NCBI GenBank assembly: GCA_947630005.1
Contig: CANRGB010000001.1
Coordinates: forward strand, 5,119-69,118
DNA from: an uncultured Lachnospiraceae bacterium
GTDB taxonomy: Bacteria; Bacillota; Clostridia; Lachnospirales; Lachnospiraceae
Reading direction: 5' to 3'
Length of the DNA stretch: 64,000 nucleotides
Every line of letters begins with the position of its first letter. The stretch's first letter is position 1. Position numbers and translations under genes: made by a program. Positions 58,939 to 64,000 of the stretch are shown here, in pieces. A model generated the notes under the pieces. That model saw nothing but the letters and a program-made list of their open reading frames with translations, did no database searches and had not been told where the DNA came from.

Positions 58939-59979
58939 TTATCCTTTAATGACCTGATGCCCCGCCGCCTTAAGCAGCCTGTTCATAATGGCCTGTCCCA
59001 TATGGGGCGTCTCGAATGATTCCGAATAAATTACAGAAATGTCCGAATGATCAAATTCCCGCAGTATGCTGTAAAGATGCCGTGATATCGTAATCTCATC
59101 CGCGCGCGTTCCGATGCTTTTCACCAGTCCGCACGTATAATACTCCTTCGACTCATCCGTCCCGATGATCCCCGGTTTCTTTCCTTCCTGAACGGCCTTC
59201 CTGGCCAGCTCGTCAATGCGCACGCGCACCTGCCGGCGCGTCCCCTCCACAATAAAAAGCTCCGCCTTCGGCGCGTAATGACGGTACTTCATTCCGGGCG
59301 CTTTCGGCCGGACATTCTCTCCGCACAGCGCCGCGTCCACCGCGACGGTGCCGAGCACTGCCTCAAGCATCTCCTGGTTGATATATCCCGGCCGCAGGAT
59401 CGTCGGCACTTTGTCCGTCAGATCGACGATCGTGGACTCAAGGCCGATCTGCACGCTGCCTCCGTCGATGATCATGTCGATCGCTCCGTCGAGATCCTCC
59501 GCCACATGAGACGCCTCCGTCGGGCTCGGCCTGCCGGAGGTGTTCGCACTCGGCGCCGCAATGTACCCGCCGCCCGCGCGGATCAGCGCGCGCGCAATCT
59601 CATGGTTCGGCATACGCACGGCCACCGTGGACAGCCCGCCGGTCGTCGTCAGAGGGACGGCCTCCGATTTCGGGAGGATCATCGTCAGAGGTCCCGGCCA
59701 GAACGCCTCCGCGAGCCGCTTCGCGCTCTCGGGTATCTCCGATACGATACGGCCGATCGCCTCCCAGTCCGCAATATGAATGATCAGAGGATTGTCCGAC
59801 GGCCTTCCCTTCGCGGCATAAATTTTCGCCGCCGCGTCCGCGTCGAGCGCGTCGGCTCCCAGTCCGTAGACCGTCTCCGTCGGAAAAGCTACAAGACCGC
59901 CCCGCCGCAGAACGGCTCCCGCGCGGTCGATCACGGCCTGATCCGGTCCGGAGCGCAGATCCTCCGTCACTGTCTGCAT
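58939..59979 (-). CDS. tsaC: L-threonylcarbamoyladenylate synthase (Sua5/YwlC)
   Basis: AFPTETVYGLG, KGRPSDNPLI, APSANTSG, PGMKYRHYAP. Confidence 0.95.
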   Translation of the reverse strand: MQTVTEDLRSGPDQAVIDRAGAVLRRGGLVAFPTETVYGLGADALDADAAAKIYAAKGRPSDNPLIIHIADWEAIGRIVSEIPESAKRLAEAFWPGPLTMILPKSEAVPLTTTGGLSTVAVRMPNHEIARALIRAGGGYIAAPSANTSGRPSPTEASHVAEDLDGAIDMIIDGGSVQIGLESTIVDLTDKVPTILRPGYINQEMLEAVLGTVAVDAALCGENVRPKAPGMKYRHYAPKAELFIVEGTRRQVRVRIDELARKAVQEGKKPGIIGTDESKEYYTCGLVKSIGTRADEITISRHLYSILREFDHSDISVIYSESFETPHMGQAIMNRLLKAAGHQVIKG

Positions 59980-60268
59980 ACACATCCCATCCTTTATTTT
60001 CGCGGACAACAGCCCCCGGCGCCCGCACCTGCACGGGCATCCGGCAGATACCGCGCAGACCGGCCGCTTTGCCGTACGGGCAGCGCCGCGAATCCGATAC
60101 CCCGCCTTCTGAAGCGGAGCGCTTGATTATCTTGTTCAAAAATTATCATACATTTCGTATTATACCACCGGGTATTTATTTTGGGAACAGTTTTCTTAAA
60201 ATAATTCCTGTGCAAAATCGAAACTCTGTGTTAAACTAGTAGGCAAAGGAAAAGAATGGAGGATAAAT

Positions 60269-61447
60269 ATGAGTGAGACATTGAACACCCAGACAGATGA
60301 AACACTGAACACACCGGCAGCTGAGGCTGCGGTTCCCGAGGCGGAAACAGCGGCGCCCGCGGAAGTTCCCGCTGCCGAAGCTGCAGCTCCTGCGGAAGAA
60401 GCTCCCGCCGCTGAGGCTGAGGCTCCTGCTGAGGAAGCTCCTGCCGCTGAGGCTGAGGCTCCTGCTGAGGAAGCTCCTGCCGCTGAGGCTGAGGCTCCTG
60501 CTGAGGAAGCTCCCGCCGCTGAAGCTGAGACTCCCGCTGAAGAAGCTCCCGCCGAGACAATGGCAGACTACGAGTCAGAGATCAACGCTTCGTTCAAGCG
60601 CGTGCATGAGGGCGACATCCTGACCGGCACAGTCATCGGCGTCTCCGAAGATGAGATCGTTCTCGACTTCGGTTCCTACACCGACGGCGTCGTCAAGCTT
60701 GCGGACGCGAGCGACAACCCCGCGTTTACCTTCAACGAGATTCAGGTCGGACAGAAAGTGAGCGCCACCGTCATCCGCCGCGACAACGGCGAGGGCAGAC
60801 TGCAGCTCTCCATGAAGGAAGCCACGGCAGTGCTCGCCTGGGACCGCCTGCAGCAGCTCATGGACGACAAGACCAACCTCACCGTCAAGATCGGCGGCAT
60901 CACAAAGGGCGGCGCGATCGCGTATCTCGAAGGCATCCGCGGCTTCATCCCGGCGTCCAAGCTTTCTCTTTCCTATGTGGAAAATCTGGAAGACTGGCTT
61001 AACAAGGAAATCGAAGTCCGCGTCATCTCCGTCGACAGGGAAAACAAGCGTCTCGTTCTGTCCGCGCGCGACATTCTGCGCGAGAAGGCGGCCGAGGAGC
61101 GCAAGAAGAGAATTTCCAACGTACAGGTCGGCCTTGTCACGGAAGGCGTCGTCGAGACACTGCAGCCGTACGGTGCGTTCGTCAACCTCGGCAACGGTCT
61201 CTCCGGCCTGGTTCATGTATCGCAGATCAGCCAGCAGCGCATCAAGCATCCGAACGTTGTGCTCAAGGAAGGACAGACCGTAAAGGTCAAGATCATCGCC
61301 GTGAAGGACGGAAAGATCAGCCTGAGCATGAAGGCTCTCGAGGAAGCTGCCGCAGAGCAGATCGAGGAGGAGACCTACGAGCTTCCGCAGACCGAACAGC
61401 TCACAACCTCGCTGGGCTCCCTGTTCAAGAATATCAAGCTCGACTAA
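60269..61447 (+). CDS. Ribosomal protein S1-like protein (three S1 domains) with an N-terminal Ala/Glu/Pro repeat
   Basis: S1 motifs GFIPASKLS, YGAFV..G.SGLVHVSQIS; 36-bp tandem repeats at about 60370-60555. Confidence 0.88.
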   Translation: MSETLNTQTDETLNTPAAEAAVPEAETAAPAEVPAAEAAAPAEEAPAAEAEAPAEEAPAAEAEAPAEEAPAAEAEAPAEEAPAAEAETPAEEAPAETMADYESEINASFKRVHEGDILTGTVIGVSEDEIVLDFGSYTDGVVKLADASDNPAFTFNEIQVGQKVSATVIRRDNGEGRLQLSMKEATAVLAWDRLQQLMDDKTNLTVKIGGITKGGAIAYLEGIRGFIPASKLSLSYVENLEDWLNKEIEVRVISVDRENKRLVLSARDILREKAAEERKKRISNVQVGLVTEGVVETLQPYGAFVNLGNGLSGLVHVSQISQQRIKHPNVVLKEGQTVKVKIIAVKDGKISLSMKALEEAAAEQIEEETYELPQTEQLTTSLGSLFKNIKLD

Positions 61448-61477
61448 CCCGGCATTTCCGAATGCCAATGCGGAGCA

Positions 61478-61505
61478 AAAAAGGCTGCCTTCCGGCAGCC
61501 TTTTT
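61478..61505. terminator. Bidirectional intrinsic terminator
   Basis: AAAAAGGCTGCC-TTCC-GGCAGCCTTTTT between convergent genes. Confidence 0.85.
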
Positions 61506-61555
61506 GCTGTATCGCGAAACGTGCTTCGTTCGCGAACCGCGGGGAGCAGGCAGTA

Positions 61556-61942
61556 TTATTTCTCCTGCACCTCAAGAATTCCCATCGGACAGGCTTTCGC
61601 GCAGATTCCGCACGCGATGCACTTGGAGGAAGTCGGCTTGTCCTCCGCCTTGACCATAACGCCCATCGGACATACTTCCACGCACTTGCCGCAGCCCGTA
61701 CACAGCTTCTTGTCTACGACATAAGTACCCTTCGCGTTCTGCTTGATCGCGCCGGCTTCGCAGTTCTTCGCGCATTTTCCGCACTGAAGACAGACATTCG
61801 TCTTTACCTCACCGTTCTTCTCCACGATGCGGATGCAGGATTTGTCCGGGTTGAATTCTTTGTAGAAAGCCTCGGAACAGGCCATCACGCATGCAAGACA
61901 CGCCATACATCCCTTCTTGTCAGTTACCACAAGTTTCTTCAT
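61556..61942 (-). CDS. Polyferredoxin-type 4Fe-4S binding protein
   Basis: Four CxxCxxCxxxC motifs. Confidence 0.92.
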   Translation of the reverse strand: MKKLVVTDKKGCMACLACVMACSEAFYKEFNPDKSCIRIVEKNGEVKTNVCLQCGKCAKNCEAGAIKQNAKGTYVVDKKLCTGCGKCVEVCPMGVMVKAEDKPTSSKCIACGICAKACPMGILEVQEK

Positions 61943-62056
61943 AAGTATACCTCCGTATTCGTACTCTGGACCTCTCCGGCCACAGGTAATTCAAGTATAC
62001 CATCCGGACAATAACGCGTCAAACTTTATTGTTCATTCTCTTTAACTGCCGGATCG

Positions 62057-62710
62057 TCATTCCGCATGGCCGAAATCCTTTCCGAACCGGATCTTTATGT
62101 AGGAGCGGATCTCCTGGACGCACCCGTCAAAGCCAAGCCGCTCGCTGTTCAGGCACAGATCATAATTCCTCGCGTCGTGCCAGTCCTGGCCGGTGTAGTA
62201 GCGGTAAAAATCGCTGCGGTATTTGTCCGTCTTCGCGATAAATTTCTCCACATCCTTCCCCGTATACGCGTTCCGCTCGATCGCCTGCTTTATGCAGTAC
62301 TCTTTGGACGCGTGGACAAACACGCTCACCACGTTCGGATTGCCCTTGAGCACAAAATCCGCGGCCCGCCCGATGATCACGCAGGACTCCTTCGCCGCGA
62401 GATCACGGATGATCTTCGCCTGATAATTAAACAGATTTTTATCGCTGACAAACTGGTCGCTGTCCGGGGTGATCAGTTCCCCCGTGTATTCCGCCCGGCC
62501 GCTCCCGAACCGCGCGGACAGCGGCGTGCGCTTCAGCTTCTCGTCCGCCTGATTGAACAGCGCCTCGCTGATGCCGCTCTCCTCGGAAGCCATCCGGATG
62601 ATCTCCCTGCCATAGCACGGCACCCCTGTCTCCCGGGCCAGCATCTCACCGATCGTCTTTCCCCCGCTTCCAAAATGTCTGGCAATTGTTACGATTACAT
62701 GATTACCCAT
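62057..62710 (-). CDS. Cytidylate-kinase-like family protein
   Basis: TIARHFGSGG, VIIGRAAD, D..R..FY.YYTG..W....NYDL; RBS AGGAGGT. Confidence 0.9.
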   Translation of the reverse strand: MGNHVIVTIARHFGSGGKTIGEMLARETGVPCYGREIIRMASEESGISEALFNQADEKLKRTPLSARFGSGRAEYTGELITPDSDQFVSDKNLFNYQAKIIRDLAAKESCVIIGRAADFVLKGNPNVVSVFVHASKEYCIKQAIERNAYTGKDVEKFIAKTDKYRSDFYRYYTGQDWHDARNYDLCLNSERLGFDGCVQEIRSYIKIRFGKDFGHAE

Positions 62711-62944
62711 ACTGACACCTCCTGATTGCTTCTCTATACAAAAAGGTGTACATTTCCTCGCGATTTCTGCCTCTGTAATCTCCTGCATGACAGTCCCTGC
62801 GGATTCCTGTACACCCTCACGTTTTATGTGCTGCATCTTTGTATACTCTCAGCTTCTCTGCTCTCCTCTGTTCCACAGATCTTCTGTTCAGGGTATCCCT
62901 GCACAGCATCCTGTTATCCCGCCAGACGACAGGGACAGCAGCTT

Positions 62945-63655
62945 TTATTCTCCCAGATACGCTTTCTTGATCGCCGGATCCTCAAGCAGCGTATGCGCCT
63001 CGCCCGACGTCACGATCCGGCCGGTCTCAAGCACATAAGCGCGGTCCGCGATCGAGAGCGCCTTCTTCGCGTTCTGCTCGACGAGGAGAACCGTCGTCCC
63101 GCCGGCGCTGACGCTCTGGATAATATCAAAAATCTCGTTGACAAGAATCGGGGAAAGTCCCATCGACGGCTCATCCATCAGAATGATCCGCGGCCGCGAC
63201 ATCAGCGCGCGCCCCATCGCGAGCATCTGCTGCTCGCCGCCGGAGAGCGTTCCGGCCAGCTGGTTCTTTCTCTCTTCCAGGCGCGGGAAACGCTTGTAGA
63301 CCGTCTCCAGCGTCTGCTGAATCTCATTCTTGTCCTTTCTCGTATAAGCCCCCATCATCAGGTTCTGGTACACGGAAAGCTCCGCGAACACGCGCCGTCC
63401 CTCCGGCACATGCGCCATTCCCAGACTGACGATCCGGTGGGCCGGAATTTTTGTGATATCCTTATTTTCAAAGATGACCTGTCCCTTTTTCGGGGAGAGC
63501 AGGCCGGTCACCGTGTGGAGGATCGTCGTCTTGCCCGCGCCGTTCGCGCCGATCAGCGCTATGACCTCGCCCTCGTTGACCTCGAAGGAAATCCCTTTGA
63601 TCGCCTGAATCATGCCATAGTATACTTCCAGGTCTTTTATTTCAAGCATCGCCAT
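62945..63655 (-). CDS. livF: Branched-chain amino acid ABC transporter ATPase
   Basis: GANGAGKT, VPEGRRVF, LSGGEQQM, DEPSMGL. Confidence 0.95.
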   Translation of the reverse strand: MAMLEIKDLEVYYGMIQAIKGISFEVNEGEVIALIGANGAGKTTILHTVTGLLSPKKGQVIFENKDITKIPAHRIVSLGMAHVPEGRRVFAELSVYQNLMMGAYTRKDKNEIQQTLETVYKRFPRLEERKNQLAGTLSGGEQQMLAMGRALMSRPRIILMDEPSMGLSPILVNEIFDIIQSVSAGGTTVLLVEQNAKKALSIADRAYVLETGRIVTSGEAHTLLEDPAIKKAYLGE

Positions 63656-63668
63656 CGTTCTTTCCCTC

Positions 63669-64000
63669 CTATTCCCCAAGATATGCCGTGATGACCTGCG
63701 GATCGTTCAGCACGTCCGCGGTCTTTCCCTGCGCAAGGATCTCGCCGAAGTTCAGCACGCTCAGTTCCTCGCAGATTCCGGATACCAGGCGCATGTCATG
63801 CTCGATCAGCAGGATCGTCATGTCAAAGTGATCCCTGACAAAGCGGATCATGTCCATCAGCGCCTGCGTCTCGTTCGGGTTCATGCCGGCCGCCGGCTCG
63901 TCGAGCAGGAGCAGCTTCGGATCTGTCGCAAGCGCTCTGGCGATCTCCAGCTTCCTCTGCTTGCCGTACGGAAGATTGGAGGCCAGCGTATTCACATCCT
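63669..64000 (-). CDS. livG: Branched-chain amino acid ABC transporter ATPase, 3' part only
   Basis: LPYGKQRKLEIARAL, LDEPAAGMN, IEHDM, VITAYLG. Confidence 0.93.
   Translation of the reverse strand, partial: DVNTLASNLPYGKQRKLEIARALATDPKLLLLDEPAAGMNPNETQALMDMIRFVRDHFDMTILLIEHDMRLVSGICEELSVLNFGEILAQGKTADVLNDPQVITAYLGE

Overview
Mostly core chromosome of a high-GC Clostridiales bacterium, most likely Lachnospiraceae-like judging by gene content and order; most genes lie on the minus strand. Housekeeping blocks: decarboxylase-gmk-like-holB-yaaT-trmN6-rsmI; HypE-like-Lrp-aminotransferase-trmL-rsmF-ppiB; uvrC-hprK-glk-radical SAM-exonuclease-vanW; T-box metG; tsaC-ywlE-like-rpiB-upp; livGF. tRNA-Pro(CGG) and tRNA-Gly(TCC) are present. 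A decayed, low-GC accessory patch at about 41.5-47.0 kb holds transposase, TnpB, IS256 and AAA remnants plus two secreted proteins. Best leads: (1) an EF-G/TetM-like translational GTPase fused to a Rae1/YacP-type NYN ribonuclease, with a +1 frameshift in a G6 run; (2) a candidate sRNA with its own promoter and terminator and four C-rich motifs, converging on that gene; (3) a roughly 90-bp interspersed element, present in four copies with compensatory base changes; (4) a TIR-domain gene cut by the window edge and missed by the ORF track; (5) a solo YefM/Phd antitoxin with intact promoter and operator; (6) a catalytically dead LMW-PTP, and a Gmk-like kinase in the position usually held by tmk. 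No CRISPR array or intact mobile element was seen. All assignments come from motif recognition by eye; no database searches were run.
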